A stretch of 64,000 nt of DNA from positions 3,991 to 67,990 of the forward strand of contig JAJXWV010000078.1 of assembly GCA_021781455.1 (NCBI GenBank), in the 5' to 3' direction. Shown here in pieces: positions 51,123 to 61,378 of this stretch (within the stretch, counting starts at the first letter, position 1; the number at the start of each line of letters is the position of its first letter). The stretch is from Acidobacteriota bacterium (GTDB lineage Bacteria; Acidobacteriota; Thermoanaerobaculia; Gp7-AA8). The translations under genes were made by a program, and so were the position numbers. The notes below the pieces were generated by a model. That model made no database searches. It worked only from the letters and a program-made list of their open reading frames with translations, and was not told the origin of the DNA.

Positions 51123-51185
51123 TGAGATTGATGATTGATGAACCGCAGCGGCCGTCTTCGGTTCATCAATCATCAATCTCAAATC
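51123..51185. repeat. Second copy of the GATTGAT-heptamer hairpin
   Basis: Right arm identical to 21554-21583; different loop; one mismatch in the left arm. Confidence 0.95.
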
Positions 51186-51299
51186 CAAGATCGTAGGAAT
51201 GACCGCTTTCCGTGACGCACTGTCCTCCCACGGAGATACCCGCTGGCCGGCCGGAATCACCGGTCCGCCGCAAAGTGCTGAAAACACGAGAAGCATCTC

Positions 51300-51315
51300 T
51301 GGCGCACCGATCGCA
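51300..51315 (+). promoter_or_regulatory. Putative sigma54 promoter
   Basis: TGGCGCACCGATCGCA upstream of the 51351 start. Confidence 0.5.
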
Positions 51316-51350
51316 CAAATACCGTCGGGCCCGTTCGTCCGGAGGTGCCG

Positions 51351-52028
51351 ATGAAACGACTGCTCTGCCTGGCGCTCTTTCTTTTCTGCGCCGCTCCATT
51401 GTTCGCGATCCAGACGAACCTCATCGATGACGTCATCCGCATGTCGCGATCGCACGTCGCCGACGAGACCATCATCGAGTTCGTCCAGAGCAGCCCCGAG
51501 CGCATCTCCGTCACCGCCGACGACATGATCGCCATGACGAGCGCGGGCGTGTCGCAGCCAGTCATCAACGCCGTGCTCGAAAAGGCGAAGACCGCCGCTC
51601 CGACGGACGCGGTACCATCGACGTCGACGCAGTCCCAACCGGCCGCCGCACCAGCTCCCGAAACGACCGGGCAGACTCCTCCGCCCGACCAGGGCGGCTG
51701 CCTCACGTTCGATCCTCCGGTCTCCCTCGTCTTTCCGTTCTACGGGACTTTCATCCCGCCGCAGTTGTGGGACCCGTACTGGTACCAGCCACGGCTCGAC
51801 ATCCGCGGAGGCCCGCCGGTCGCGAGAGCACCCGGGCAGCAGGTGGCTTCGCCGGTCGTGAATCGTCCTTCCGTGGAAGCGCAAAGTCCGCGCGAATCCG
51901 GTGATCGCGGGTCGACAGGCGCCCGAGCGCCGCGTCCTGCCGAGCGCTCCGGCGGTGGTGGCTCCCCATCGCGGTCCGGCGGCAGCAGACCCACGGCGGG
52001 TGGCCACTCATCCGGGCGCAGGCAGTGA
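51351..52028 (+). CDS. Secreted hypothetical protein with duplicated helical motif and low-complexity tail
   Basis: Signal peptide; DDVIRMSRSHVADETII / DDMIAMTSAGVSQPVI; GGAGG RBS. Confidence 0.75.
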   Translation: MKRLLCLALFLFCAAPLFAIQTNLIDDVIRMSRSHVADETIIEFVQSSPERISVTADDMIAMTSAGVSQPVINAVLEKAKTAAPTDAVPSTSTQSQPAAAPAPETTGQTPPPDQGGCLTFDPPVSLVFPFYGTFIPPQLWDPYWYQPRLDIRGGPPVARAPGQQVASPVVNRPSVEAQSPRESGDRGSTGARAPRPAERSGGGGSPSRSGGSRPTAGGHSSGRRQ

Positions 52029-52285
52029 TCCGGACTCGCTGACTCAGGGCAACGAGCCCGTCACTCTGAACTAAGCAGATGATTCTTCGCGCGGTGCGCA
52101 GATTTCCTTGCCCCAGGTGACAGTGCAACCGGTCCCCGCCCCGCGGACGGCTTCAATGATCGCCACGCGAAAGTCGCCTCCGCCCCCTCATCCGCCTCCA
52201 TGTTGCGTAAGTTCGCACCGTTCTCTATTTCTGCTCAGCCTCTGAGCAGGCGGAGACGGAACCCCGTCACCCGGCCTAACAAGCG

Positions 52286-53011
52286 CTAGGCAACGCGCTC
52301 CAGCAGCGTCGCCAGGTAGAAGGCCCGGCGGCGCTCCGCCGCGGGCTCGAGGCCGGGAGTGGCGCGAAAGATGTCGTGGATCCGCCGCGTCATCCGCGAC
52401 GGCGGATCGACTGCGAAGAAGAAGTGATCGACCACGAGCAGCAGCCCGCCCGGCTCCAGGATGCCGGCGATCCTGGAAGCCAGTGCGCCCACCACGCCAT
52501 CGTCGAGCGGCAACAGGTAGTAAAGGACGTCCGCCAGAACCACGAGGTCGAACCGCGAGCCTTCGGCCAGCGTGGTGATGTCCGCCTGGACGTACTCGAT
52601 GTTCGGCTGGCCCTGCGACAGCGATCGCGCCTGCGCCGCGGCCTCTGCCGAGAGGTCGATGCCGAGAACGTGATCGGCGTGGGGAGCGAGAAGGCGCGTG
52701 AAACCGCCCAGACCGCAGCCCACGTCGAGAGCACGCCTGTACGGCCGCTTCGGGAGCATGGACAGGAGCGCCTGGTATTTCCGGCGCTGGTATCGGAACT
52801 GCGGGGCCACGCTGGCGTAGGGATCGCTGCCGGCAGCGTAGAGCTGATCGAAAGCCGCAGCCGACGCTCCGTTCGACCGCAGCCTGGCCAGCGCGGCGTC
52901 GGTCCGCGCGCTTCGAATCCAGAAGGCGATGTCGCGCAGAGTCATGAAAAAGTCCCGCGGCTCTTCGCAAAGCGTCTGCCCGGGCACGGGATTCTTGGCG
53001 CTCCCCGACAT
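52286..53011 (-). CDS. Class I SAM-dependent methyltransferase (NodS-like)
   Basis: DPY...YQRRKY, ALDVGCGLG, FDLVVLADVLYYL; start may be 52945. Confidence 0.88.
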   Translation of the reverse strand: MSGSAKNPVPGQTLCEEPRDFFMTLRDIAFWIRSARTDAALARLRSNGASAAAFDQLYAAGSDPYASVAPQFRYQRRKYQALLSMLPKRPYRRALDVGCGLGGFTRLLAPHADHVLGIDLSAEAAAQARSLSQGQPNIEYVQADITTLAEGSRFDLVVLADVLYYLLPLDDGVVGALASRIAGILEPGGLLLVVDHFFFAVDPPSRMTRRIHDIFRATPGLEPAAERRRAFYLATLLERVA

Positions 53012-53034
53012 GGCAGCATCGTACCTGACGGAAG

Positions 53035-54267
53035 TCACGACTGCGGCCGGAATCGTGACGCTGCCAGCTCCTCGATCCGGGTGGCACATGCCGCCGCCGC
53101 GCCGCTGCGGGCGACGGCAAACGCTCGTGCGTTTCCGGCCAGCCGGTCACGCTCCGCGCCGTCCCGGAGAAGCTCCTCGATCGTCGCTGCGAGATCGCGG
53201 GCGGTCGTCATCCGGAGCGCACCGGCGCTCTGCATTCCCTGGGCGGTCTCGCGAACTCGATCGACGCACGGGCCGACGACGATCGCGCAGCCGGCGCGCG
53301 CCGGCTCGAACAGGTCGTGGCCACCGACGCCGGCGAAGGTGCCGCCGATGACAGCAATGTCCGCCTGCGCATAGATCGCGGAGAGCGCGCCCATGCGGTC
53401 GACCACCTCCACCCGCCCCGCCGGCCAGAGGGAAGCAACGGTCCGCCGGACGTCGCGCGCCCGGCGCGGATGCCGCGGCACCAGCACGATCTTCGGGTCC
53501 GACCCGGGGGAAAGAGCACGACAGGCCTCGATGACGATCCTCTCCTCGCCCGGATGAGTGCTGGCCGCAACCACCACCTTTCCGGCACGTGAGCCGCGAC
53601 TGGAGCGGTCGTGCGCGATCAGGCAGGCATCGGCTTTCAGACTGCCGGAGATCGTCACCCGTTCCGACGGCGCGCCGATCGCGAGATAGCGCGCCTTCTC
53701 TTCCTCATCGACGGCGAGGATCGCTCCGGCCGTCGCCAGGATGGGCGCGAAGAAGCGGCGGAACAGCCGGTACCACCGCGCGGCAGGCGGATCGATGCGA
53801 CCCCCGGCGACGATCAGCGGAATGCCGCGTCTCCGGCACGCCAGGAAGAGGTTCGGCCAGATCTCCGTCTCGATCACGACCACCGCGTCGGGTCTGATCG
53901 CTTCGAGCCATCGATCGACGCCGCCGCGGCGGTCCCAGGCCCAGGCCGTGATGCGCTCGACCTCAGGATGATGTTGATGGATCCGGAGCGCAGTCCGGCG
54001 CGCGTCCTCGTTGCCGGCGCTGATCGCGAACGACCAGCCGCGTGCCGCGAGCTCGTGCACGATCGCGGAGGCGGCATTCATTTCCCCCGCGGAAACGGCG
54101 TGCGCGAGGAGCCGCGGTCCTGACGGAGCCGGGCTCGGGTCGATGCGTCCCAATCTCTCGGCCAGCGTCCGCCACTTCGATGTCCCGAAGGCGATGCGCA
54201 CGATCTCGAGAGGAACGAGAGCGATCCACACCACGATCTCGATGGCGATCGAGTAGAAGAGGATCAT
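53035..54267 (-). CDS. waaA: 3-deoxy-D-manno-octulosonic acid (Kdo) transferase-like protein
   Basis: HAVSAGE, IETEIWPNL, GSLKAD, ASTHPGEE, LVPRHP, IGGTF..GGHDLFEPA. Confidence 0.88.
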   Translation of the reverse strand: MILFYSIAIEIVVWIALVPLEIVRIAFGTSKWRTLAERLGRIDPSPAPSGPRLLAHAVSAGEMNAASAIVHELAARGWSFAISAGNEDARRTALRIHQHHPEVERITAWAWDRRGGVDRWLEAIRPDAVVVIETEIWPNLFLACRRRGIPLIVAGGRIDPPAARWYRLFRRFFAPILATAGAILAVDEEEKARYLAIGAPSERVTISGSLKADACLIAHDRSSRGSRAGKVVVAASTHPGEERIVIEACRALSPGSDPKIVLVPRHPRRARDVRRTVASLWPAGRVEVVDRMGALSAIYAQADIAVIGGTFAGVGGHDLFEPARAGCAIVVGPCVDRVRETAQGMQSAGALRMTTARDLAATIEELLRDGAERDRLAGNARAFAVARSGAAAACATRIEELAASRFRPQS

Positions 54268-54545
54268 GCCGAGGCAGCGGGAGGGCGCCAGGCGATGGCC
54301 ATCGTGGCGCGCTGGCGCATTGCAGACCGCAGCGACCGGCCGACCACGCCGCACTCACCGTTCAAGCGCATCGGTCGAATGGTACTGAATTCGCGCTCCG
54401 CTCGGGATCATCGAGTCGAACTTCGATGCCCGACGGTTTCACGGTCACTCTTCGCGCACAAGTCGGAAATGACGCATCGAGCATGATTGGGAAGGCTGCG
54501 GTATGCTGTCGAAAAATCGCAATCGGCCAACGAAGCGAGGTCCCG

Positions 54546-55439
54546 ATGAAGATCACGAGGCTGTTGTCACTTGCCCTCTGTCTCGCCGCCGGCGTCATGG
54601 TCCCCTGCTCCTTCGGTCAAAGTCTGATCCCGGGCATGTTAGGCCCCTACAATGGAGCCACGGTAGACACCAACGGCGTTTCCACGGCGACGCCCGACGG
54701 TCCCTGTGCCGTTCCGTCGCGCAGCGGTACGAACCTCACGCTCTACACTCCCTGGAGCGTCGATCCGGTCAACGGCTATTTGTGCGGTCTCGACAGCGTC
54801 ACCGGGAAATACACGGCGATCTGCCGCACGACGCCCGGTGGGCTCTTCCAGATGATCGCCATCACCGGCTATTCCGCTTTTCGTCATGCTCCGGGCAAAG
54901 TCAGCACCTCCGCCGCGGGCTCCTTCCCCAGCACCTTCACGTACACGCAGAGCGGCGTCGGACCGCCGAAGAGCGGGACCGGCCAGCTCGTCGACCAGAA
55001 CGGCGACGGAATCTTCGACGGCATCACCCTGGCCGGACCGGGCCTGAACGTCACCCTGCCGTTCGTCTACGTCGACGTCAACGGCGACGGCTTTGCCGAC
55101 TTCATCAGTATCCCGTGGTCGCAGGCCGCGCTCGTCGGAGTGAACCCGAACAGCAGCGTTCTCACGCCAGGCGCGGGCGGTCCCAATCCACAGGTCTGGG
55201 TTCCGCTCGCCGACACGAACGGCGACGGGAAACCCGATTCGATCATGCTCGACCTCGACGGCGACGGGGTTCCGGACCCGGACGTGTTCTCGTCGCCCGC
55301 GCTCGGCCCGGTCTCCGCGCCGGCGACGCTGGCTCCGTCGACCCCGGTGCCGGCGTTCTCGGAATGGGGCATTCTCGCTGTCATTCTGGCGCTCGCGACG
55401 GTGGGGCTGTGGCAGGTGAAGGTACACAGTCACGTCTGA
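54546..55439 (+). CDS. Secreted Ca-binding (DxNGDG) protein with IPTL-CTERM-like sorting signal
   Basis: Signal peptide; four Dx(N/D)GDG motifs; C-terminal VPAFSEWGILAVILALATVGLWQVK. Confidence 0.82.
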   Translation: MKITRLLSLALCLAAGVMVPCSFGQSLIPGMLGPYNGATVDTNGVSTATPDGPCAVPSRSGTNLTLYTPWSVDPVNGYLCGLDSVTGKYTAICRTTPGGLFQMIAITGYSAFRHAPGKVSTSAAGSFPSTFTYTQSGVGPPKSGTGQLVDQNGDGIFDGITLAGPGLNVTLPFVYVDVNGDGFADFISIPWSQAALVGVNPNSSVLTPGAGGPNPQVWVPLADTNGDGKPDSIMLDLDGDGVPDPDVFSSPALGPVSAPATLAPSTPVPAFSEWGILAVILALATVGLWQVKVHSHV

Positions 55440-55477
55440 ACGCCGCGGCGTCCGGCACGCTCACCACGGAAATCCCC

Positions 55478-55666
55478 ATGCGCAGGTGGCTCTCCACGAC
55501 GGCGATTCTGTTTGGCGGCCTGATGTTGACGACGGTCGTGATCCAGTTCGCCGCGATCGGCGTGCTGGACATCAGCTCCGGACGGCTCTTCGCCAGCTGC
55601 GGAGTGGCGGCCGCGCAGGCCATCGCCGTCGCGGCTCTTCTCAGGTACGCGGACGGCAGACAATGA
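55478..55666 (+). CDS. Small two-TM protein coupled to lpxB
   Basis: 62 aa, two hydrophobic helices; stop overlaps the lpxB ATG (ATGA). Confidence 0.65.
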   Translation: MRRWLSTTAILFGGLMLTTVVIQFAAIGVLDISSGRLFASCGVAAAQAIAVAALLRYADGRQ

Positions 55667-56859
55667 ACGTGCTGGTGAGCGCCGGCGAAGTGTCGGGGGA
55701 CATCATCGGTGCCCTGATCGCGGAGGAGCTGCTGCGCCGCGATCCCTCCGTTCACGTGTGGGGACTGGGCGGCTCGCGAATGAGCGCCGCCGGAGTGACG
55801 GTCGCGGCGAGGACGAACCACCTCGGCCGCGTCGGCGTGAGCGAGAGCTTTTCCGCGATCCTGCCGCTGGTGCGCGCGTTCGCCGCGGTGCGCCGGGAGA
55901 TTCGCCGCGCCCGCCCCGATGTGGCAATCCTCGTCGCCAACGACCTCTTCAACGTCGTCCTGGGACGCTGGCTGCGCGCCCGGGGCATCCCCACGCTCGC
56001 GGTCTTCCCTCCGCAGGTCTGGATCTGGAAAGCGGCGGCTCGCGTCTTCAGCGGCAGCTGGGACGTCGTGGCGGCATCGTTCCCCGACGAACAACGCGTC
56101 TATTCACGCCACGTGCGAACGGTCTTCATCGGACATTACCTCGCCGACCGGCTGGGCCGCGCCACTCCGGCCGAGCGCGACGCGGCACGGGCCTCACTCG
56201 GCGCCGGCGGCGCGGTGGTCGGCCTCTTTCCGGGCAGCCGCGTTCACGAGCTGGAGATTCTCACGCCCCTGCTGCTCGACGCCGCAGCCCTGTTGTTGAA
56301 GAGCGATCCGTCGATGCGATTCGTCATGGCCATCGCGGAACGCGCCGATGAGCCGCGCATCGCCGCAGAGATCGCCAGGCGCGGGCTCACGGCAAACATC
56401 GCCCTCGTCCACGACAGCCACGCTGCCATCCGCGCCAGCGACCTTCTGCTGATGGCCTCCGGCACGGCCACGCTGGAGGCCTCGATCATCGGGACGCCGA
56501 TGATCGTGCTCTATCGCGTGCAGCGGATCACGATGTCGATCGTGCGCCTGGCCATCCGCCTGGGGTTGATGGATTCGGAGACGATATCGTTGCCGAACCT
56601 GATCCTGGAGGGGCCCGTGGTTCCCGAGGTCAGCCAGGAGCGGCTCTCGGCCGATCGCGTCGTGGAAGAGGCGAAACAGCTGCTCGCTGACCGCGAACGC
56701 CTGGCCGCGATGTCCGAACGGCTGTCCCGCGTCTCCGCGGCCGTGGACGGCCACGGCAGCGTGCAGCGCATCGCCGATCTCGTCGAAGAACTGGGATTGC
56801 GGCGCGCGCCGCTGTGTCAGGATCTTCCCGCGGTGGCTCTGGAAGGAGGCTCGGCGTGA
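55663..56859 (+). CDS. lpxB: Lipid-A-disaccharide synthase
   Basis: [40 protein letters not shown]. Confidence 0.9.
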   Translation: MNVLVSAGEVSGDIIGALIAEELLRRDPSVHVWGLGGSRMSAAGVTVAARTNHLGRVGVSESFSAILPLVRAFAAVRREIRRARPDVAILVANDLFNVVLGRWLRARGIPTLAVFPPQVWIWKAAARVFSGSWDVVAASFPDEQRVYSRHVRTVFIGHYLADRLGRATPAERDAARASLGAGGAVVGLFPGSRVHELEILTPLLLDAAALLLKSDPSMRFVMAIAERADEPRIAAEIARRGLTANIALVHDSHAAIRASDLLLMASGTATLEASIIGTPMIVLYRVQRITMSIVRLAIRLGLMDSETISLPNLILEGPVVPEVSQERLSADRVVEEAKQLLADRERLAAMSERLSRVSAAVDGHGSVQRIADLVEELGLRRAPLCQDLPAVALEGGSA

Positions 56860-57920
56860 CGGTGCAGACGCTCGGAGAGATCGCTCATGCGATCGGAGGA
56901 GTGGTGGACGGTGATCCTTCGCGGATCGTCGAACGGGTGCGCGGCATCGAGCAGGCCGGGAGGCGCGAGATCGCAGTCGTCTTCGACGCCCGGCATTTCC
57001 ACGCCATCGACAACTCGACCGCGGAGGCTCTGGTCATCCCCGCCGACTGCGCGACCACGCGTCGGAATGTCATTCGAACGTCCGACCCGCGCAAGAAACT
57101 GGCGCAGCTGCTGGCGCTCTTCAACGGCTCGGAGGACGTCGCGGCTGGCGTCAGCGCCCGTGCATTCGTGGCGCCGAGCGCAACGATCGGCCAGTCCGCA
57201 TCCATCGCGGCGGGTGCGTGGATCGGCGAGCACGTCGTCATCGGCGACAGAGTGCGCATTCACGCCAACGCCGTCGTCGGCGACTGCAGTGTGCTCGGCG
57301 ACGATTGCGTGATCCACCCGAACGTCACGATTTACGCGCAATCGCGCCTCGGCAAGCGCGTCGTCGTGCACGCCGGCACGGTGATCGGCAGCGACGGCTT
57401 CGGATTCGTGGAGGGCGAGAACGGCAGAGAGAAGATCCCTCAGGTGGGCTTCGTCGAGATCGGCGACGACGTCGAGATCGGTGCGAACTGCGCGATCGAC
57501 CGCGCCACCCTGGAGGTGACGCGCATCGGCGCGGGCAGCAAGATCGACAACCTCGTGCAGATCGGCCACAACAGCCAGATCGGTCCCGGATGCGTGCTCA
57601 TCGGCCAGGCCGGAGTGGCAGGAAGCGTCACTCTGGGCCCCGGCGTGATGATCGGCGGCCAGTCCGGCATTGCCGATCACGTCACCATCGGAGCGGGCGT
57701 GGTCATCGGGGCCAAGAGCGGTGTTCATTCCGATATCGCGGAAGGCGAGTGGCTGGGCAGCCCTGCCCTTCCCCGCGAGCGCGCCGGGCGGATGCTGGCC
57801 TTTCTCCCTCACCTTCCCGCATACCGGGAGCGAGTGCGCGATCTCGAAGCGCGCGTCCAGCAGCTGCAGAAGATGGTTGAGGGCCTTCTGGAAAGGAACG
57901 CCAAACGGACGGAGCCATGA
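56856..57920 (+). CDS. lpxD: UDP-3-O-acylglucosamine N-acyltransferase
   Basis: Hexapeptide repeats, [38 protein letters not shown]. Confidence 0.95.
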   Translation: MTVQTLGEIAHAIGGVVDGDPSRIVERVRGIEQAGRREIAVVFDARHFHAIDNSTAEALVIPADCATTRRNVIRTSDPRKKLAQLLALFNGSEDVAAGVSARAFVAPSATIGQSASIAAGAWIGEHVVIGDRVRIHANAVVGDCSVLGDDCVIHPNVTIYAQSRLGKRVVVHAGTVIGSDGFGFVEGENGREKIPQVGFVEIGDDVEIGANCAIDRATLEVTRIGAGSKIDNLVQIGHNSQIGPGCVLIGQAGVAGSVTLGPGVMIGGQSGIADHVTIGAGVVIGAKSGVHSDIAEGEWLGSPALPRERAGRMLAFLPHLPAYRERVRDLEARVQQLQKMVEGLLERNAKRTEP

Positions 57921-59017
57921 CTCGACGCATCGTCGTCACCGGAATGGGAGCGGTCACGCCGCACGGCGACCTCGCGCAATCGGTCGCCGCCGTCGCCGCC
58001 GGCCGGAGCGCCATCGGGCCGGTGCGGTCGTTCGAGACGAGCTCGTTCACGCAGACGCTCGCCGGCGAATGCCTGGTCTTCGATCCACGCCCCTGGTTTC
58101 GGCCGGCGAAGGCGCTGAAGCTGACCGACCGCAGAACGCGCTTCGCCGTCGCCGCTGCGGCCATGGCCGTCGCGGACGCAGGCCTCGATGCCGCGGCCGT
58201 CGAGCCCGCAGGCGTCGTGATCGGAACGAGCGGGTCCGATGTGCAGACCGAGGACGTCGGACGGGCTCTCGGCGGACCGGAGGAGGGCGACGCACGTGAC
58301 ATCGACTACTTCGCCGGGCGCGTCCTGCGCCGGCTCAATCCGCTCTGGCTCCTGGTGAATCTGGCCAACATGGCCAGCGCTCACGTGGCCATCCAGCTGG
58401 GAGCGCGCGGCCCGAACTCCACGATCACCACCGACTGGATCGCCGGACTGCAGGCCATCGGCGAAGCTGCCCGATGGATCGCCGGCGGCGAGTCCGATCT
58501 CGTGGTCGCCGGCGCGGCCGACAGCGGCGTGCTTCCGTTCGCGTTCGCCTCGTTCGAAGAGTCGGGATTTTTCGAAGGCGGCGAGCCGCGCTTCGTCCCC
58601 GGCGAGGGTGCCGCGGCGTTCGTCGTCGAGGAGCTCGGGCACGCCCGGGCGCGCGGCGGCCGGATCATCGCCGAGATCACCGGCTACGCGTCTGCCCAGG
58701 GCGATCTGGCCACCGCCGCGCGGCGTTCGCTCGATCAGTCCGGCACGGCCGGCGAGGACGTGGACGCGGTTTACGACGCGGCAGTTTTTACGCCGCGCCA
58801 TCGCCATCTCGACGACGCGGCCGCCGATGCGCTCTTCACCAACGCGCCCTCCCGATTCGAATGCAGCTCGCTCCTCGGCCACGCCCTCGCCGCATCGGCG
58901 CCCGTGGCCCTGGCCGTCGCTGCGGCCAGCAGGCCGCCCGGGACGATCCTGGTCAATTCCGTCGGTGCGTTCGGTCAGGCCGCGTCGATCGTGATCAAGG
59001 GAAGGGTGGCGGCATGA
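57917..59017 (+). CDS. Catalytically inactive beta-ketoacyl synthase (chain-length-factor-like)
   Basis: KS fold motifs VVTGMG, GPNST, PGEGAA, LGH; active-site TAC reads TDW and NAHG reads DAAV. Confidence 0.85.
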   Translation: MTRRIVVTGMGAVTPHGDLAQSVAAVAAGRSAIGPVRSFETSSFTQTLAGECLVFDPRPWFRPAKALKLTDRRTRFAVAAAAMAVADAGLDAAAVEPAGVVIGTSGSDVQTEDVGRALGGPEEGDARDIDYFAGRVLRRLNPLWLLVNLANMASAHVAIQLGARGPNSTITTDWIAGLQAIGEAARWIAGGESDLVVAGAADSGVLPFAFASFEESGFFEGGEPRFVPGEGAAAFVVEELGHARARGGRIIAEITGYASAQGDLATAARRSLDQSGTAGEDVDAVYDAAVFTPRHRHLDDAAADALFTNAPSRFECSSLLGHALAASAPVALAVAAASRPPGTILVNSVGAFGQAASIVIKGRVAA

Positions 59018-59412
59018 AGCCTCTGCCCGAGGATCTCGAGAAGAGCGTCATTGGCATCGTGGCGGAGGCGCTCAGCCTGGACCCTCGGGAAGTGAAACTG
59101 CATTCTTCCCTCATGGACGACCTCGGTGCGGAGTCCATCGACTTCATCGACATCGTCTTCCGCCTGGAGTCGGAGTACGACCTGATCATCCCGGAGCAGG
59201 AGCTGTGGGCCGGATCGATGGATATCGATGCAAACGACCCCGAGGCCATCGAGCGCGGCGTGGACGACCTGCGCCGGAAGATGCCCGATTTCGCCTGGGA
59301 GCGCTTTCCGGGCCCGGTCGGAAAGACCAACCTGCCGCGGCTCATCACCGTCAGCACGATCGTCGACTACCTGCGCAGGCGCGTCGACGCCGCCCCTGCC
59401 GGAGCGTCATGA
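59014..59412 (+). CDS. Extended acyl carrier protein (132 aa)
   Basis: DDLGAESIDFIDIVFRLE and TVSTIVDYL with a long insertion between them; ATGA overlaps on both sides. Confidence 0.88.
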   Translation: MKPLPEDLEKSVIGIVAEALSLDPREVKLHSSLMDDLGAESIDFIDIVFRLESEYDLIIPEQELWAGSMDIDANDPEAIERGVDDLRRKMPDFAWERFPGPVGKTNLPRLITVSTIVDYLRRRVDAAPAGAS

Positions 59413-60689
59413 CCCGGCGGGTGGTCGTGACGGGAATCGGCGTCATCGCGCCGAACGGACGCGACGTGAAGAGCTTCGCCAGCGCGCTCGCCGCAGGTCG
59501 CTCGGCAGTGCGCCCCATCCGCCGCTTCGCCACCAGCTCGTATCCGACGCGCATTGCCGCCGAGATCGACGATTTCGAATGGACCGAGCGCACCGAGCCG
59601 CCCGCCGGCTGGCGCACCTTCGACCGCATCACCCGCTTCGCCACCGCGGCGGCCGCCCAGGCCATCGCCGACGCACGGCTCGATCCGGCCGGCCTCGATC
59701 GCACGGGCGTCGTCATCGCTGCCGGCTTCGGCAGCTACGACCACGAGGAAGTCTTCACCTCGTGCGCCGCCGGGTTTGGTGGCGACGGAGAGTTCGACTG
59801 GACGGCCTTTCGCGAACAGTTCCGGCGCTCGGTCAAGCCGCGGCCTGCGGAGCGGAGGACGCCGGGCTCGGTGCCGGCCCTCGTCGCCAGCCACTTCGGA
59901 TTTCGCGGCCCGGTGATGGCGGTGATGACTGCCTGCGCTGCCGGGACGCAGGCGCTGGGCGACGGCGCTCGGTGGATCCGCTGCGGCGACGCCGACGTCG
60001 TGATCGCCGGCGGCGCCGATTCGGAGATCTATCCGATGGGGCTGGCCTCGTTCTGTCTGCTGCACGCGCTCTCGACGCGCAACGATTGCCCGGAACGCGC
60101 CAGCCGTCCATTCAGCGCGACGCGCGACGGCTTCGTCCTCGGCGAGGGCAGCGGCGTGCTCGTGCTCGAGGAGCTGGAGCACGCACGCGGGCGCGGCGCG
60201 GAGATTTACGCGGAGCTTCTCGGCTTCGGCTCGGCCTGCGATTCGTTCCGCGTCACCGATCCGCATCCGGACGGGATCGGTGCGGCCCTGGCCATGAAGC
60301 GTGCCCTCCACCAGGCCGGGCTGAGCACCGCCGATGTCGACTACGTCAACGCCCACGGAACCTCGACGCCGCTCAACGACCGCATCGAGTCGCGCGCAAT
60401 CCGCCAGCTGTTCGGCGACCACGCTTCCGGTCTGGCCGTCAGCTCGACGAAGTCGATGATCGGCCATCTCACCGTGGCCGCCGGAGCGGTGGAAGCGATC
60501 GCCACGATCATGGCCATCCGCGAGAACATCGCGCATCCGACGATCAACCTCGAGGATCCTGATCCGGAGTGCGATCTCGATTTCGTGCCCAATCGGGCCA
60601 GGACCATGACCATCGACGTGGCCCTTTCGAATTCGTTTGCGTTCGGAGGACAGTGCGCGAGCATCGCCATCGGGAGGTACGCGCCGTGA
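59409..60689 (+). CDS. fabF: Beta-ketoacyl-ACP synthase II-type (active)
   Basis: TACAAG, SRPF...RDGFVLGEG, NAHGTST, KSMIGH, SNSFAFGG. Confidence 0.92.
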   Translation: MTRRVVVTGIGVIAPNGRDVKSFASALAAGRSAVRPIRRFATSSYPTRIAAEIDDFEWTERTEPPAGWRTFDRITRFATAAAAQAIADARLDPAGLDRTGVVIAAGFGSYDHEEVFTSCAAGFGGDGEFDWTAFREQFRRSVKPRPAERRTPGSVPALVASHFGFRGPVMAVMTACAAGTQALGDGARWIRCGDADVVIAGGADSEIYPMGLASFCLLHALSTRNDCPERASRPFSATRDGFVLGEGSGVLVLEELEHARGRGAEIYAELLGFGSACDSFRVTDPHPDGIGAALAMKRALHQAGLSTADVDYVNAHGTSTPLNDRIESRAIRQLFGDHASGLAVSSTKSMIGHLTVAAGAVEAIATIMAIRENIAHPTINLEDPDPECDLDFVPNRARTMTIDVALSNSFAFGGQCASIAIGRYAP

Positions 60690-61378
60690 TGCGTCTGCAC
60701 TCCGCGGTCCGGCCGTTCGCGCTCGCCGCCGGACGCCTGTTTGCACTCTGGCTGCGATCGCTGCGCGTGCGCATGCAGGTGCACGGAAGCTGGATCGATC
60801 GTGCGGACTTCGTCGCCGGCAACGGCCTCTTCGCGTTCAGCGAGCGCGACCTCCTCGCGGTGGCCGCGGCCGCGGAAGGACGCCATCTCCTGGTTCTCGT
60901 CGACGCCAGCGCAGATGGCGACTGGGCCGTCGCAATCGCGTCCGCGCTGGGATGCCGGTTCGTGCGCGGCTCGAGCCTTCATCAGGGCCTCGGCGCGCTC
61001 CGCGATCTGATCCACGCGCTCGAAGGGAACGATCGCCCGGCGGCGTTCGTGGTGGACGGGCCGGTCGGTCCGGCCGGTGAAGCGAAGCCCGGCATCGCCG
61101 CATGCGCCGCACTGACCGGCAGGCCGATCGTGCCGGTGGCCGCGGCCGCACGGTGGCGGATCGCCTTTCCGCGAAGCTGGGCCGGTCATTATCTTCCGCT
61201 GCCGTGGTCGCGGGTGGCGATCGTCGTCGGCGAGCCGCTCGTGGTTCGCCGCGGTGCCTCGCGAGAGGAGATCGATGCCATGGCGCGGGCGATCACGATC
61301 GCGCTCGAGGACCTGCGCGCCAAGGCCCTGGCCGCACTCGCCGCTCCCGCGATGAGGATGGAGTCGACAGCCGCGTGA
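60689..61378 (+). CDS. DUF374/LpxJ-like acyltransferase
   Basis: SADGD, VRGSS, VDGPVGP, PLPWSR. Confidence 0.78.
   Translation: MRLHSAVRPFALAAGRLFALWLRSLRVRMQVHGSWIDRADFVAGNGLFAFSERDLLAVAAAAEGRHLLVLVDASADGDWAVAIASALGCRFVRGSSLHQGLGALRDLIHALEGNDRPAAFVVDGPVGPAGEAKPGIAACAALTGRPIVPVAAAARWRIAFPRSWAGHYLPLPWSRVAIVVGEPLVVRRGASREEIDAMARAITIALEDLRAKALAALAAPAMRMESTAA

Noticed and set aside
52030..52285. Possible ncRNA or gene remnant between convergent genes
   Set aside because: Only short hairpins and no recognisable family or supported ORF.
57917..60689. Aromatic type II PKS antibiotic cluster
   Set aside because: No cyclases, aromatases or ketoreductase; the context is lipid A acylation.
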